A DNA stretch of 64,000 nt from a virus. A model generated the notes under the pieces. The model was not told where the DNA came from, searched no databases, and saw nothing but the letters and a program-made list of their open reading frames with translations. Where the stretch lies: the IMG/VR virus record IMGVR_UViG_3300045199_000074; one strand, 5' to 3'. The position numbers and the translations under genes are program-made. This document shows positions 1 through 10,796 of the stretch, piece after piece. Each line of letters opens with the position of its first letter. Position 1 is the stretch's first letter.

Positions 1-3000
1 TTAGACAGCTTCCCCTACAGAAATTACACCATCTGTAGCTTTTAAGGCCGTTTCCACTGAAAGGTCTACAATATAACTCCCCTCAAGTAGAATATCTGAC
101 ATTTCGTTGTTAACGATGGAGGTTAGAATTACCTGAGTAGCATTTTCTTTTTCATCATCTCGGACGCGTTCGAGCATTTTGATTAAATTTGCCATCTTGC
201 GCTTCATACCATTATTTAGCATTTCAATAGTTGTATTTTTAACATCTGTTATAGATGCAGTTCCATTGGAATGTTTTTCTTTGATCTCACGAATTTTTTT
301 CTGTTCTTCCATAGAAGGAATGATGTTTTGGGCATCTATTTTGACGCGAATTTTCCCGCGCTCGCTAACTAGAATTTCGTCTGCGTCCAGAACGTCATTC
401 CCCCAAATGGCCATGTCGTCTCTATCTCCACCATCCGATTTGATGGAAAGATTTGCCACAATGATCACCGGACGACGGCTAACTTTCGCATTTTCGAGTG
501 TTAGCCGTATTCTTTCCAGATGATCAGAATCGTCATCATTCATGAAGAAACGAACATAGAAGTAATCGTTTTTCTCTGCTATTCGCGCTGTAATAAACGG
601 ATCACCATTTCTCGTTATTTTTCTTTCAATGATTTCCACAAGGCCAGCTAGGCGTTTGTTTTTTAGGGATGCTTTATTGTTTTCCTGCATCCATCGCGAC
701 AATGATGCTTTACGTTTTACCTTTACCTTCCTTAAGCGAGATTCATACGTATCGAGGGGGTGTTCGCCAAAATAGAAACCTACGGCATTGAACTCTCTAT
801 CGATACGATTCCCCCATTCGATGTTATCGTTAAGCTCCTTTGGAATAACGATTTCTAGTTTACCGCCGAAAAGGTCATTTTGAGCAGGGTTTACCTTCTT
901 CCCACCCTTGGACAGCCAAGCAAGTATTCTGGCTGCAGAAAAGCGGTTTTTGGCGAATTTATCACCATCAAAAGCTCCGGCTTCCACCAGACGTTCCAGC
1001 TGACCTTTATTGAATTGTGTTCCGGCTCTTGAATAAAAATCTGTCAGGTCTTTAAACGGGCCATTTTTTCTAGCCTTATCCAGTATCGACAAGTCGCTAG
1101 AGATTCCGTTGATCGCAGCAAGGCCAAATCTAATTCCAAAACCGTCTAAATACTTTTCAGGCTTGAACCGAGCCACTGACATGTCAATGTTTGGCATCAG
1201 CATTTTGATGCCAAATGCATCCATGTCTTCCTTAATCTTGGCCATTTTTTCAGGCTTGTCTTCGTAGGTCAGGAGTGCGGCCATGAACTGTGCGGGATAA
1301 TGCTTCTTCAACCAAGCCGTATGGTACGCAATCAGCGCATAAGCGGCTGCGTGTGACTTGTTGAAGCCGTAACCTGCGAATTTATCGATGGTGTCGAATA
1401 GGGCATTTGCTGTATCAGCTGGTGTACCCTTTGCCACTGCGCCATCGATGAATGTTTTGCGCTGGGCGTCCATTTCTTCCTGGACCTTTTTGCCCATAGC
1501 ACGACGAAGCATGTCAGCGCCGCCAAGCGAATAGCCTGCGACGACCTGCGCCACGAGCATGACCTGTTCCTGATAAACCATGATGCCGAAGGTCTCTTCA
1601 AGAAAGAGTTTGGTCTGATCTGCAGGTTCCGGATAATGCGGCGTAGCCTTACCGTTCTTGCAGTCGACGAAGTGTGGGATCATGTCCATTGGGCCAGGTC
1701 GGTACAGCGACACAAGAGCGATCAAGTCTTCAAAACGGCTCGGTTTTAGAGCGCGGAACCATTTTTTCATTCCATCGGATTCAAACTGGAAAACACCGTT
1801 GGTATAGCCTTCCGCTAGCATTGCGTAAGTCTGCTGGCAACCGAGATCAATTTGTTCCAGATCGATTTTTTCGCCAGTCGTGTTTTCTATATTTTCAAGA
1901 CATTCACGAATGACCGAGAGTGTCTTCAGACCAAGGAAGTCAAACTTCACAAGGCCTGACTTCTCGGCGTGCTTCATGTTAAACTGGCAAACAGGCATGC
2001 TTGACTGGCTATCCCAACCAACTGGGACCAGTGAGTCCATTGGACGACCAGTGATGATCACGCCAGCAGCGTGTGTTCCCTGAGTTCGAAGTAGACCTTC
2101 TACCTGCATGGATTTCTGAATTAGTAGCTTGTTTTTTTCCGAGCTATTAACAAGCATGCGGAATCCCTGATCATTCTCGTCCGCCATAGCTTCGGCAAGT
2201 GGCTTCGGTTCAGGCCCCTTCTTTGGGATGATTTTTGTTAACGCATCGACTTCTGGGTAGCTGTACGTGCCGTGTTCGTCTGAGTTGATAACTCGGCCAA
2301 CATCCTTGATTGCTGTTCTGGATTTAATTTCGCCAAAGGTGGCAATCATCGATACGTAGTCGTCACCGTATTTTTCACGAACATACTGGATTACTTCGCC
2401 TCGACGATCCTGACAGAAGTCGACGTCAAAATCTGGCATCGATACGCGCTCTGGATTAAGGAAACGTTCAAACAGGAGGCCCCATCTAAGCGGATCAAGA
2501 TCCGTAATCTTAAGGCTATATGCAACAAGAGAACCCGCACCTGATCCTCGACCAGGGCCTACAGGAATCCCGTTCGCCTTTGCCCATTTGATGAAGTCCG
2601 AAACGATAAGGAAGTATCCAGGGAACTCCATACCTTCGATGATGCCGAGTTCGTATTCAAGACGATCAAGATATTGTTGCTCAGTGTAGCCTTGAGCTAT
2701 CCCCACGGATGCCAGTCTTTGTTTGAGGCCTTCATGGGCCTGAACGCGCATTTCATCGCTTTCAGAGCGGCCGCCCTGCGTCTGAAATGGTGGCAAGATC
2801 GGTTTGCGTCCATCAGTTTTAAATGCGCAACGCTTAGCAATTGCACCCGCGTTCTCGAATGCTTCTGGAATGTCTGAGAAAAGCGCCTTCATTTCTTCAA
2901 CACTACGAATGTGATATCGTCGTTCACTACGGGCGGTTACTGCACCACCCTCAATATTTACAACGCTTTTCTTGGTAACGGCATTTAGAATTTCAAAAGC

Positions 3001-3672
3001 ATCGTGCCTGCTTTTGTCAGCGTACCAAACCTCGCTCGTTCCAATGAGTGGAACGGAATTTCTAATGACGCCGTCAGAACATTCAAATTCTGCTGCATCG
3101 TAGGCGAGACTGATCAGTTTTTCCTCAATCTCCACATCTTTTTCCGTCTCGTCGCCAAATCGCGTAATTTCGAGATAGATACGGTCACAAAATTCAAATC
3201 GAAGCCAATTCAATAGCTGCTCAGCGTCGTCATCACGGTTATTTTCCAAGAGGGTCTTGATGCACCCATCCACACCGCCCGTCAGCGCGATAATTCCTTC
3301 CGTATTACCAGAAATAACCTCCACAGGAATTATCGCCATTCCTCCCTCATTTCCTTCACGAGGGCGGTGTGACTGAGCCAAAATATGGCAGATGTTCTCA
3401 TAGCCCTTTTCGTTCTGAGCCAGAAGAATAATACTCCCCTTGGTATTTAATCCGTTATCAAACCAGAGTTTAACGCCGATAATTGGTTGAATTCCTTTGC
3501 CCACAGCCGCCATGGAGAATTCCATTGCACCATACATATTGCCCTCATCGACAATAGCGACAGCTGGAATATTTGCCGCCTTTGCGGCAGCTACAATCGA
3601 TTTGATTTTGCTAGCACCCTTGGCGAGGGTAAAATCAGAATGAACGTGTAAATGGGCAAAAATTTCTTTCAT
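1..3672 (-). CDS. dnaE: DNA polymerase III alpha subunit
   Basis: N-terminal PHP domain (HLHVHSDF), GRGSGAGS, SMPDFDVDF catalytic motif, KFDFLGL, YGFNKSH, clamp-binding-like QNDLF; stop codon at 1-3. Confidence 0.98.
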   Translation of the reverse strand: MKEIFAHLHVHSDFTLAKGASKIKSIVAAAKAANIPAVAIVDEGNMYGAMEFSMAAVGKGIQPIIGVKLWFDNGLNTKGSIILLAQNEKGYENICHILAQSHRPREGNEGGMAIIPVEVISGNTEGIIALTGGVDGCIKTLLENNRDDDAEQLLNWLRFEFCDRIYLEITRFGDETEKDVEIEEKLISLAYDAAEFECSDGVIRNSVPLIGTSEVWYADKSRHDAFEILNAVTKKSVVNIEGGAVTARSERRYHIRSVEEMKALFSDIPEAFENAGAIAKRCAFKTDGRKPILPPFQTQGGRSESDEMRVQAHEGLKQRLASVGIAQGYTEQQYLDRLEYELGIIEGMEFPGYFLIVSDFIKWAKANGIPVGPGRGSGAGSLVAYSLKITDLDPLRWGLLFERFLNPERVSMPDFDVDFCQDRRGEVIQYVREKYGDDYVSMIATFGEIKSRTAIKDVGRVINSDEHGTYSYPEVDALTKIIPKKGPEPKPLAEAMADENDQGFRMLVNSSEKNKLLIQKSMQVEGLLRTQGTHAAGVIITGRPMDSLVPVGWDSQSSMPVCQFNMKHAEKSGLVKFDFLGLKTLSVIRECLENIENTTGEKIDLEQIDLGCQQTYAMLAEGYTNGVFQFESDGMKKWFRALKPSRFEDLIALVSLYRPGPMDMIPHFVDCKNGKATPHYPEPADQTKLFLEETFGIMVYQEQVMLVAQVVAGYSLGGADMLRRAMGKKVQEEMDAQRKTFIDGAVAKGTPADTANALFDTIDKFAGYGFNKSHAAAYALIAYHTAWLKKHYPAQFMAALLTYEDKPEKMAKIKEDMDAFGIKMLMPNIDMSVARFKPEKYLDGFGIRFGLAAINGISSDLSILDKARKNGPFKDLTDFYSRAGTQFNKGQLERLVEAGAFDGDKFAKNRFSAARILAWLSKGGKKVNPAQNDLFGGKLEIVIPKELNDNIEWGNRIDREFNAVGFYFGEHPLDTYESRLRKVKVKRKASLSRWMQENNKASLKNKRLAGLVEIIERKITRNGDPFITARIAEKNDYFYVRFFMNDDDSDHLERIRLTLENAKVSRRPVIIVANLSIKSDGGDRDDMAIWGNDVLDADEILVSERGKIRVKIDAQNIIPSMEEQKKIREIKEKHSNGTASITDVKNTTIEMLNNGMKRKMANLIKMLERVRDDEKENATQVILTSIVNNEMSDILLEGSYIVDLSVETALKATDGVISVGEAV

Positions 3673-3795
3673 TATTTCCTCTTTAAACGGCTGGCGAATA
3701 AAGATACAAATTCTTTTAGCGTCAGTCGAGAACTCTTTATTCTTGACATAGTTATCCGATATTTGTCAACTAATTGGCGTTTGGAGAAAATAAAT

Positions 3796-5910
3796 ATGCA
3801 AGTCGACGATAGAATTATTGAAATTACCAGCATTCTTGATGTTGATCAGGCGGCGGCAGCCACCTCCCCTCAAGGAATTTCGCTTATTTCTGCTGGCGCA
3901 GGTACTGGTAAAACAACCACATTAACGGCCAGAATTTCTGTATTAATTGCGAGAGGCATTCCTGCTTCTGAAATTATGGCCGTTACATTTACTAAAAAAG
4001 CCGCCAAGGAATTAAAAGAACGTGTGGAAAAAAACGTCGGTTCCGCTGCTGTTGGACTTCGTATTGGGACCTTCCATAGCCTTTCTTCGCGAATTCTACG
4101 TAAATATGCAGAAATTGCTGGGCTTCAAAATAATAATTTTTTAATTGTCGACGAAGATGACGCCAAAGCATTAATGATTGAGGCAGCTGTTGTTGATGGC
4201 GCTTATGGTCCTTTTAGCCCTAATTCTGATGCGACCGATACAGAAATTAAAGCTTTGAAGAAAGACTATGATGCAGGGCTTCGTAATTTTTCGGAACGAG
4301 CATTGCGCCAAGTTTCTCTTTGGAAGGGGTGGGGTCTTTGCGACATTGCAGCATCAGATCCCAATCGTGAAGCCCGTAGTCCTGAAGATGAACAAATGGC
4401 TGTTGCATATAGTTCGTATCAGTACGAGCTAAGCAAGCGCAATATGGTGGACTTCGGCGACCTCATAATGAAGGTTGTAACCTTGTTTAGGACGAATCCT
4501 GACATTCTCAGGGCAGAAGCGTCTGCTATCATGCATATGCTCGTTGACGAAGCTCAAGATGCAAATCAAATCCAGGTTGAATGGGTTAGACTTTTGACCT
4601 CTTACAATGGTGGATTGACTGCTGTTGGAGATGAAGATCAAAACATCTTCGGGTTTCAGGGCGGATACACAGGAGCAATGAATGACATGGTTGGCCCTAC
4701 TGCCAGTCGATTTGTTCTCAAAACGAACCGTCGTTGCACTCAGGAGATTCTAGCTCCTGCAAATATCATTGTTGATTATAATCGTCGTTCTACACCTAAA
4801 ATTCTGATGTCAAACCGTTCCGGTAATGCTGTTCGATCTACGGGACATGTTACTGATCTCAGTGAAGCCGCATGGATTGCTGGACGTATCAAAGAGCTGA
4901 TCGACAGCGGTGTTGAACCACATGAAATAGCTGTTCTTTTTCGCTCTGCTTACGTTATACCGCCATATGAAGAGGCAATCTTGCGTAAAGGAGTGCCTAG
5001 TGTCGTAATGAGCGGCTCATCCCTGTTGGATCGTGAAGAAGTCAAAGACGTAATTTCTATGGTTCGAATGGCTGTGAATCCATTTGATGACCTGTCTTTT
5101 ATTCGAGTTGCCTCGCGTCCTTCGAGAGGCTTGGGGACATCAGCTATTGAGGCGATTTCTAATATTGTTTTTTCCCGGTCGATACCTTTTCACGAAGCTT
5201 GCATTATCGCATCTGATGTCAAGTCTGGCGTGGGTTTGCGAAAAGATGTTCGAGAAGGTGCAGCAGCCTTGGGTCATGCATTGGCAATTTTGGCCGATAA
5301 AGGGGAATGGTGTCATCATACACATGACATTATCACAATTGGCTTGGAGCAAACTGGCTATCACGCATGGGTTTCTGCACAGCCAGATGGCGATAAAAAA
5401 TTGAAAAATATTGAAGCTGTTCAGCGTCTCGCCGATAATTATGAAGATGCTATTTTGTTTCTGGAAGAGTTAAGCCTATTAACCGAAGTTGATAGAAGCA
5501 TGATAGATGTTATGGGGAAAGTTCGACTTTCAACTATGCATTCGGTTAAAGGTCTGGAATTCGACCATGTTTTTTGCCCAGCTTTCGATTTTGGTGTGAT
5601 GCCGAACGGTCGAGCTATGGAAGAAGGTCGACGTGGTAAGCCAGGTGACCTTTGGAACGGCCCTTCTGGCGGCGGTGTAGAGGAAGAAAGGCGTCTCGCG
5701 CATGTGGCTTTCACCCGCGCCAGACACGGTCTTGATGTGAGCTTTGCATGGCGTAGAGGTGGCTCTCATCAGAAGGTCAAAATTGGAGGACCTTCCAGTT
5801 TTATGGAAGAGTGTGAGTTTAAATGGCAGGAAATTGGTGTGGCTACAACAGCCGAACTTGGTAGAAAAAAAGCATCGAAGAGGGCTGGGCGTTCTGGTTT
5901 CGCCCGATAA
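3796..5910 (+). CDS. UvrD/PcrA/Rep family SF1 helicase
   Basis: AGAGTGKT, VTFTKKAA, DEAQD, VGDEDQNIFGF, TMHSVKGLEF, EERRLAHVAFTRA; start placed at ATG 3796 after GGAG. Confidence 0.95.
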   Translation: MQVDDRIIEITSILDVDQAAAATSPQGISLISAGAGTGKTTTLTARISVLIARGIPASEIMAVTFTKKAAKELKERVEKNVGSAAVGLRIGTFHSLSSRILRKYAEIAGLQNNNFLIVDEDDAKALMIEAAVVDGAYGPFSPNSDATDTEIKALKKDYDAGLRNFSERALRQVSLWKGWGLCDIAASDPNREARSPEDEQMAVAYSSYQYELSKRNMVDFGDLIMKVVTLFRTNPDILRAEASAIMHMLVDEAQDANQIQVEWVRLLTSYNGGLTAVGDEDQNIFGFQGGYTGAMNDMVGPTASRFVLKTNRRCTQEILAPANIIVDYNRRSTPKILMSNRSGNAVRSTGHVTDLSEAAWIAGRIKELIDSGVEPHEIAVLFRSAYVIPPYEEAILRKGVPSVVMSGSSLLDREEVKDVISMVRMAVNPFDDLSFIRVASRPSRGLGTSAIEAISNIVFSRSIPFHEACIIASDVKSGVGLRKDVREGAAALGHALAILADKGEWCHHTHDIITIGLEQTGYHAWVSAQPDGDKKLKNIEAVQRLADNYEDAILFLEELSLLTEVDRSMIDVMGKVRLSTMHSVKGLEFDHVFCPAFDFGVMPNGRAMEEGRRGKPGDLWNGPSGGGVEEERRLAHVAFTRARHGLDVSFAWRRGGSHQKVKIGGPSSFMEECEFKWQEIGVATTAELGRKKASKRAGRSGFAR

Positions 5911-5924
5911 ACATACGTATCTCC

Positions 5925-6521
5925 TCAGGGATTGGCTGGGGCGATACGTATGTGAACGCAAGGTTCGATACCACAACGCTTTTCGCGAATGCTTCTTACG
6001 ACAAGTTTGTCGTCTTCAAAAACAATGCCATTTAAAGCGTCTAGTACAGATTTTTCCAAGTTGTCGGCATCTCCATCTAATCTTGATGTCGGCCAGATAT
6101 TGTCTTCACCCTTCAGGACGAAGACTATGTTGGTTTCGACTGGACACTCAAACATTTTTTTGCCGATCATAGCAATTTTCGCGTTGTCGGCTACAATGCG
6201 TTCGTAGTCTAGGGTTGCCTGTGGTGTATAAGTACGACTAATTCTTTTTGAAACCATATCCATAAAGGCTGCAACATTTCCTTTTGAAGCAAGGAAACTG
6301 CCTCTGAGTACGTTTTTATCAACAACGGTGCGTGGACGCTCCTTTGGTTTTGGGTCTTGATCCAGCTTTACTATGAATTCTATAGGGGAAAGATCATAAA
6401 CTTTTTTCTCTGCTCTCGAACGCCCTTTCGTCTTCTTATTGTTCGCAGTTGAATTGGAGGTTGTGGCCTTCTTTTCAGGCTTTATCCCTAATTTTCTGGC
6501 TTGCGCTTCACTTATTCGCAC
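5925..6521 (-). CDS. rusA: RusA-family Holliday junction resolvase
   Basis: PKPKERPR near the N-terminus and DADNLEKSVLDALNGIVFEDD signature. Confidence 0.88.
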   Translation of the reverse strand: MRISEAQARKLGIKPEKKATTSNSTANNKKTKGRSRAEKKVYDLSPIEFIVKLDQDPKPKERPRTVVDKNVLRGSFLASKGNVAAFMDMVSKRISRTYTPQATLDYERIVADNAKIAMIGKKMFECPVETNIVFVLKGEDNIWPTSRLDGDADNLEKSVLDALNGIVFEDDKLVVRSIREKRCGIEPCVHIRIAPANP

Positions 6522-6535
6522 AAATAATTCCTTTC

Positions 6536-6922
6536 CTACAATTTTCGCGCAGAGATAGCTTCTCTTGCGAATTTTTTGACCCCATATGAAATGCCTGGCA
6601 CTGCACGATCAGGACAACCAGCATCATGCCATTTATCAATTGCCATTTGTTCTTTGTTCCGAAGATACCTAATTGTAGGTCTGTAAGACGCAAATTGCAC
6701 TTTAATTGATGCTTCAGCTAATTCAGCGGCTTTAATAATGCATCTCTTAGTGAGGTGGCTATTTTCGCCAATTAAAATTGCAATTTCGATTGCCTCCTTT
6801 GAATGTTCTCCGCCTGATAATGATGATCCTTTCCATGCTATTGAACATGCGAGAATCCATAATGACGCCCACATAACTCTTAAGGGGAGAATATCTTTTT
6901 TATGTTTTAAATTCGTTGACAA
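6536..6922 (-). CDS. hypothetical protein
   Basis: 128-aa ORF filling the gap, co-directional with rusA; start uncertain. Confidence 0.55.
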   Translation of the reverse strand: MSTNLKHKKDILPLRVMWASLWILACSIAWKGSSLSGGEHSKEAIEIAILIGENSHLTKRCIIKAAELAEASIKVQFASYRPTIRYLRNKEQMAIDKWHDAGCPDRAVPGISYGVKKFAREAISARKL

Positions 6923-6991
6923 GCAATCTTCCTGAAAGGTAATTTATTCCACGATATATTATAGGCATTATTTATTATCGGAAGGCAAATT

Positions 6992-7708
6992 ATGACACAA
7001 GGGTCTAAGCAGCGTTTTATTGCTCTCGATACTGAAACTACCGGGTTGCATTACCAAGATGGTGACCGTGTTATTGAAATTGGGGCGGTTGAAGTTATTG
7101 GCAATCTTGAAACAGGCCGTCATTATCATACATTTTTAAATCCATATCCGCGAGAGGTGCATCCTGAAGCGTTTGCTATTCATGGTATTACTACTGAACA
7201 GCTGATGGATGCACCTCGATTCCGTGATGTGTATCAGGATTTTTTCGAATTCATTGGCGATTCTCCTCTAGTCATTCACAACGCTGCTTTTGATATGGGC
7301 TTTTTAAATGAAGAGTGCGCTCGATTAACACTGAAGCCTATTCAGAATGAAATCATTGATTCTCTTCGTATCGCCCGAGAAAAAGATCCAGGCAAGAAGG
7401 CTAGTCTAGATCATCTATGCCTTCGCTATGGTGTTGATAATAGTGAACGCACGCTTCATGGGGCGTTAGTTGACGCCGCTATTCTCGCACGCGTTTACGT
7501 AAAGCTTATGGGTTTAGATACCTTCAATTTTGACAGTCTGGATGAAAGTGCTGAAATTGAAACTTTTTTATTGAAGGATGACCATAATCGTCTTTTTAGA
7601 CCATCTCGTGGAGTGATCCAACCGACCCCAAAGGAGTTGGCTTCTCATAATAAATTTATTTCCGAAATTAAAGACTCTGTTTGGGAAATTTTTGGCAAAA
7701 ATAGTTGA
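6992..7708 (+). CDS. dnaQ: DNA polymerase III epsilon subunit (DEDDh exonuclease)
   Basis: LDTETTGL, GDRVIEIGAVE, HNAAFDMGFL, SLDHLC, HGALVDA, C-terminal ELASH helix. Confidence 0.95.
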   Translation: MTQGSKQRFIALDTETTGLHYQDGDRVIEIGAVEVIGNLETGRHYHTFLNPYPREVHPEAFAIHGITTEQLMDAPRFRDVYQDFFEFIGDSPLVIHNAAFDMGFLNEECARLTLKPIQNEIIDSLRIAREKDPGKKASLDHLCLRYGVDNSERTLHGALVDAAILARVYVKLMGLDTFNFDSLDESAEIETFLLKDDHNRLFRPSRGVIQPTPKELASHNKFISEIKDSVWEIFGKNS

Positions 7709-7756
7709 CTTCATCCTGTTAATACGTGAGCATTAAAAGGTAAAAGGAATTATTCA

Positions 7757-8215
7757 ATGTCTCTCTCACCTTTAAACAAGCAGTCTGATGTTATGGAAAA
7801 AAAACCTGAACACAGTCATTTGGACCTCGCTAAAATTGCCATGGCAAAGTTGATCGATGGTCGTCGAGATTCAACAACTAAAATAACTTCTGCTCTTGGT
7901 GACGTTTCTGAGAAGATTCAATCGATCACGAATGAGCTTGATGGTGAGAGAAAGTTGCGTGCTTCTTTTGAATGTCAATCTCAGGATTTGTCAAACAAAC
8001 TTAACGAAATTCAACGTAAATATGCAGAACTCCATAAGGGTTTTGTGAAAGTGTTAACTTCAAAATTTCCAGGAGAAAGCCCTCTATCAATTGAAGCTCG
8101 TATGGAAGCCATCCTCCTTGCTTCAAATTCTGGTTCCGAATTGGGGATTAAACCCAAACTTGCTTCCCCGCAGGCGACCGCATTTCTTAATCTTATCGAA
8201 GACAGTCTTACTTAA
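7757..8215 (+). CDS. hypothetical coiled-coil protein
   Basis: SD AAGGA; heptad-rich sequence. Confidence 0.7.
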   Translation: MSLSPLNKQSDVMEKKPEHSHLDLAKIAMAKLIDGRRDSTTKITSALGDVSEKIQSITNELDGERKLRASFECQSQDLSNKLNEIQRKYAELHKGFVKVLTSKFPGESPLSIEARMEAILLASNSGSELGIKPKLASPQATAFLNLIEDSLT

Positions 8216-8224
8216 GGAGTTAAA

Positions 8225-8794
8225 ATGACCGTCAATAATAATACAAATCGTTTTGTCCAGACCCTGAACACCGTTCTTGAGAACGGTCGAGCAGAACGCG
8301 AAAAATTTCTTTCATATCTATCGGCAGCGGTAACCGAAATTACTAAGACACGAGAAGACCGTGATGCGGCAATTGCACAGGTTCGTGATTTGAATACGAA
8401 ATATAAGGGTGCGGTTGATAATATTCGACAACTGCAGCAGGTTAATAAGCGTCTTGAACATGATGTGCAGACTATGATGTCGGCACTAGAAGCTGCAACT
8501 CGTGAGTTTGCGCATTCTGATGCACAGATGGTTGATCGAGTTGTAGCTCTTGGAAATGAGTTCAATCTGCCAGGGCTGGTCGAACATGGTCGCACCCCCG
8601 CTGCTCCACGACCTCGCACGGTATCTTCAGCTCCACTTCAGACCCCGGCACCACAGCGTCGTGCTGTAGCTCGTGTAGCTCCTATGGCTGATAATAACGT
8701 TATGGATGATGATTACACCAAGACAATGCATGAGCTTGGCCGACTTCTTAATTCTTCGTCATCCTCGACTAAACCAACAATCCCACTGATTTAA
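8225..8794 (+). CDS. hypothetical coiled-coil protein
   Basis: SD AAGGAG; heptad-rich N-terminal half, Pro-rich tail. Confidence 0.75.
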   Translation: MTVNNNTNRFVQTLNTVLENGRAEREKFLSYLSAAVTEITKTREDRDAAIAQVRDLNTKYKGAVDNIRQLQQVNKRLEHDVQTMMSALEAATREFAHSDAQMVDRVVALGNEFNLPGLVEHGRTPAAPRPRTVSSAPLQTPAPQRRAVARVAPMADNNVMDDDYTKTMHELGRLLNSSSSSTKPTIPLI

Positions 8795-8801
8795 AATGAA
8801 T

Positions 8802-8840
8802 AAAAAAGGCGGCGCTTTTACAAACGCCGCCTTTTTTATT
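8802..8840. terminator. bidirectional intrinsic terminator
   Basis: aaaaaaggcggcg-N10-cgccgcctttttt between convergent genes. Confidence 0.85.
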
Positions 8841-8853
8841 CACTTGTTTATTT

Positions 8854-9414
8854 TTATTGCTCCAGCTCTGATTCCCAATATAAAAAATCAATCCAATCTT
8901 TCGGGGCAGGACTGCTTTTAATGAGTTTCTTGGCATTGCGAGCCAACTCGAACTGTGTTGGTTTCCGTGGTGTTGGGTCCGGAAACATCTTACTCTCTTT
9001 TGGCGTTCTATTTGCTTTGCGCAAATTGCACGGCGTACAAGAGCAGACAATATTTTCCCAACTCGTATCTCCACCACGAGATTTAGGCATGACATGGTCA
9101 AAGGTCAGCTCTGCAGTCGTTAATTGTTTTGAACAATAAACACACTTGCCATGATCTCTTAGCCAGATATTAGTTCGCGAGAAAGCAACGCAATGTGGCA
9201 CTTTTTTGTACTTTGTTAGAGCCACAACACTTGGTAGGCGAACAGCTTTATTTGGACTATTCACCTCTACGTCATATTCAGCAACACGAACAAGTTTGTT
9301 TAAAAACAGCCCTCTAACCGCTTCTTGCCATGTAAGCGTCTTCAATGGGAATATGCTTATTGGGCTAAAATCGGCATTCAGTAGTAGTGCAGGATAGCTA
9401 TTCTCGTAGATCAT
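8854..9414 (-). CDS. HNH endonuclease (McrA-like family)
   Basis: LLLNADFSP N-terminus, RDHGKCVYC, TFDHVMPKSRGG..WENIVCSCTPCNLRK. Confidence 0.93.
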   Translation of the reverse strand: MIYENSYPALLLNADFSPISIFPLKTLTWQEAVRGLFLNKLVRVAEYDVEVNSPNKAVRLPSVVALTKYKKVPHCVAFSRTNIWLRDHGKCVYCSKQLTTAELTFDHVMPKSRGGDTSWENIVCSCTPCNLRKANRTPKESKMFPDPTPRKPTQFELARNAKKLIKSSPAPKDWIDFLYWESELEQ

Positions 9415-9679
9415 GACATATTCCCCGTATCAAATTTAAAACCGGAGAAGAATACGAGATAAGTATTTTGTCCGGCTAATCGGCCGAACCGGACTTTGCC
9501 CATTCAACCAATAAGGTATTTTGTTGCAGAACGCGGATATTCTCCTGACAGAGGAAGCCACGCCCCTGCATTAATAATATCCCATGTTATCTGTAACGCG
9601 CTCATATTGATACCTTATTCCCCAACAATTGGGATGACTTATTCCTGCCTGAACACATTGATAATGTCAAACAGAAACT

Positions 9680-10663
9680 TCATCTTAATGAAGATGGTTT
9701 AAATGTTGTTACATGGTTGTCATTTAAACTGCCAATTTCCCCATTCACAATAATTGCTTTTATTTGTTCCTTATTAAGCTGATTTGGGATAACTGCGTCA
9801 ATATGTGGGCCATCAGTCCGGAGCGTTTGATGGATAATACCTACAAGTCGATCTCCAAGAATGCTTCTTGCAACCGGTCCCAGCTTATTTTCTGCCAAAT
9901 GTAGGATTGCTTGAACAGTGTCCGCAGCAGATGCGGCATGAATAGTCGCGAAAACTAGATGTCCGCTTGTAACTGCTTTTAGCAACTGTTCCGCAGCCTC
10001 TGATGACCTTACTTCTCCTATGAGGATGTATTCTGGGCGTCGACGCATAATTCCCCTTATGCTGGTTGCCCAATCTTCCTCATTTTTAATTTCTGTTTGA
10101 AGGCAATATCCTTTTTGAGCGATAGCACCTTGCATCTGATATTCTACAGGGTCTTCGCAGGTAATGGCCAAACCACCGAAAGTTTCTAAATAATATTTTA
10201 TGGCCGCAACTGACGTCGTTGTTTTTCCATCGCCTGTTCTGCCCCCAACAAGCACCAGTCCACGTTGCCTACCCCATCCGTAAATTTCCTTTAAAAGGCT
10301 CGTATTTATTCGAAGATCTTCCAAATCTGGCAAATCTAATGGTACAGCCCGAACTGCCGCCCATGCCATGTTCTCTGCAGCCATGAATCTGGAATAGCGA
10401 AGCCGCAATGCGCTATATTGGACAGTGCCATCGTCATCATCACGCTCCATTATCAATGCACGAATTTTTTCAATTGCAGGCATGTATTTTCTCGGAACTA
10501 TGTAATTCCCGGTTTCTTTAACTTTTGTTGGATCTGGTCGAAATCGCGTAGGCACATTCAGATGGTCCTCACTGATGGTCATATATAAATCAGTGAATGG
10601 TAGCTGCATGATATCGGCTTCAGGTAGAATCTGAGCGCTGGTATCGTTTCTATCATTGGACAT
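9680..10663 (-). CDS. DotB/TraJ-like (PilT family) secretion ATPase
   Basis: Walker A GRTGDGKTT, Asp box EDPVE, RRRPEYILIGEVR, His box GHLVFATIHA; DotA-like gene in the same window. Confidence 0.8.
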   Translation of the reverse strand: MSNDRNDTSAQILPEADIMQLPFTDLYMTISEDHLNVPTRFRPDPTKVKETGNYIVPRKYMPAIEKIRALIMERDDDDGTVQYSALRLRYSRFMAAENMAWAAVRAVPLDLPDLEDLRINTSLLKEIYGWGRQRGLVLVGGRTGDGKTTTSVAAIKYYLETFGGLAITCEDPVEYQMQGAIAQKGYCLQTEIKNEEDWATSIRGIMRRRPEYILIGEVRSSEAAEQLLKAVTSGHLVFATIHAASAADTVQAILHLAENKLGPVARSILGDRLVGIIHQTLRTDGPHIDAVIPNQLNKEQIKAIIVNGEIGSLNDNHVTTFKPSSLR

Positions 10664-10796
10664 CGTGGCTTTGCCTTTTTTGTTTCGGACTTAAACAAGG
10701 ATAGCTTGATAACTCTCATTGCCAAACGCCGGTGATTTTGCTTGATATCCATGCTGCAAAATGTAATAGAGATCTAAATAACAACAGGAGGCTTAT

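Noticed and set aside
3652-3795. N-terminal extension of the first UvrD overlapping dnaE
   Set aside because: AT-rich divergent promoter region; the SD-supported start is 3796.
8854-9414. IscB/Cas9-like RNA-guided nuclease
   Set aside because: Only 186 aa with a lone HNH domain; no RuvC or PLMP motifs.
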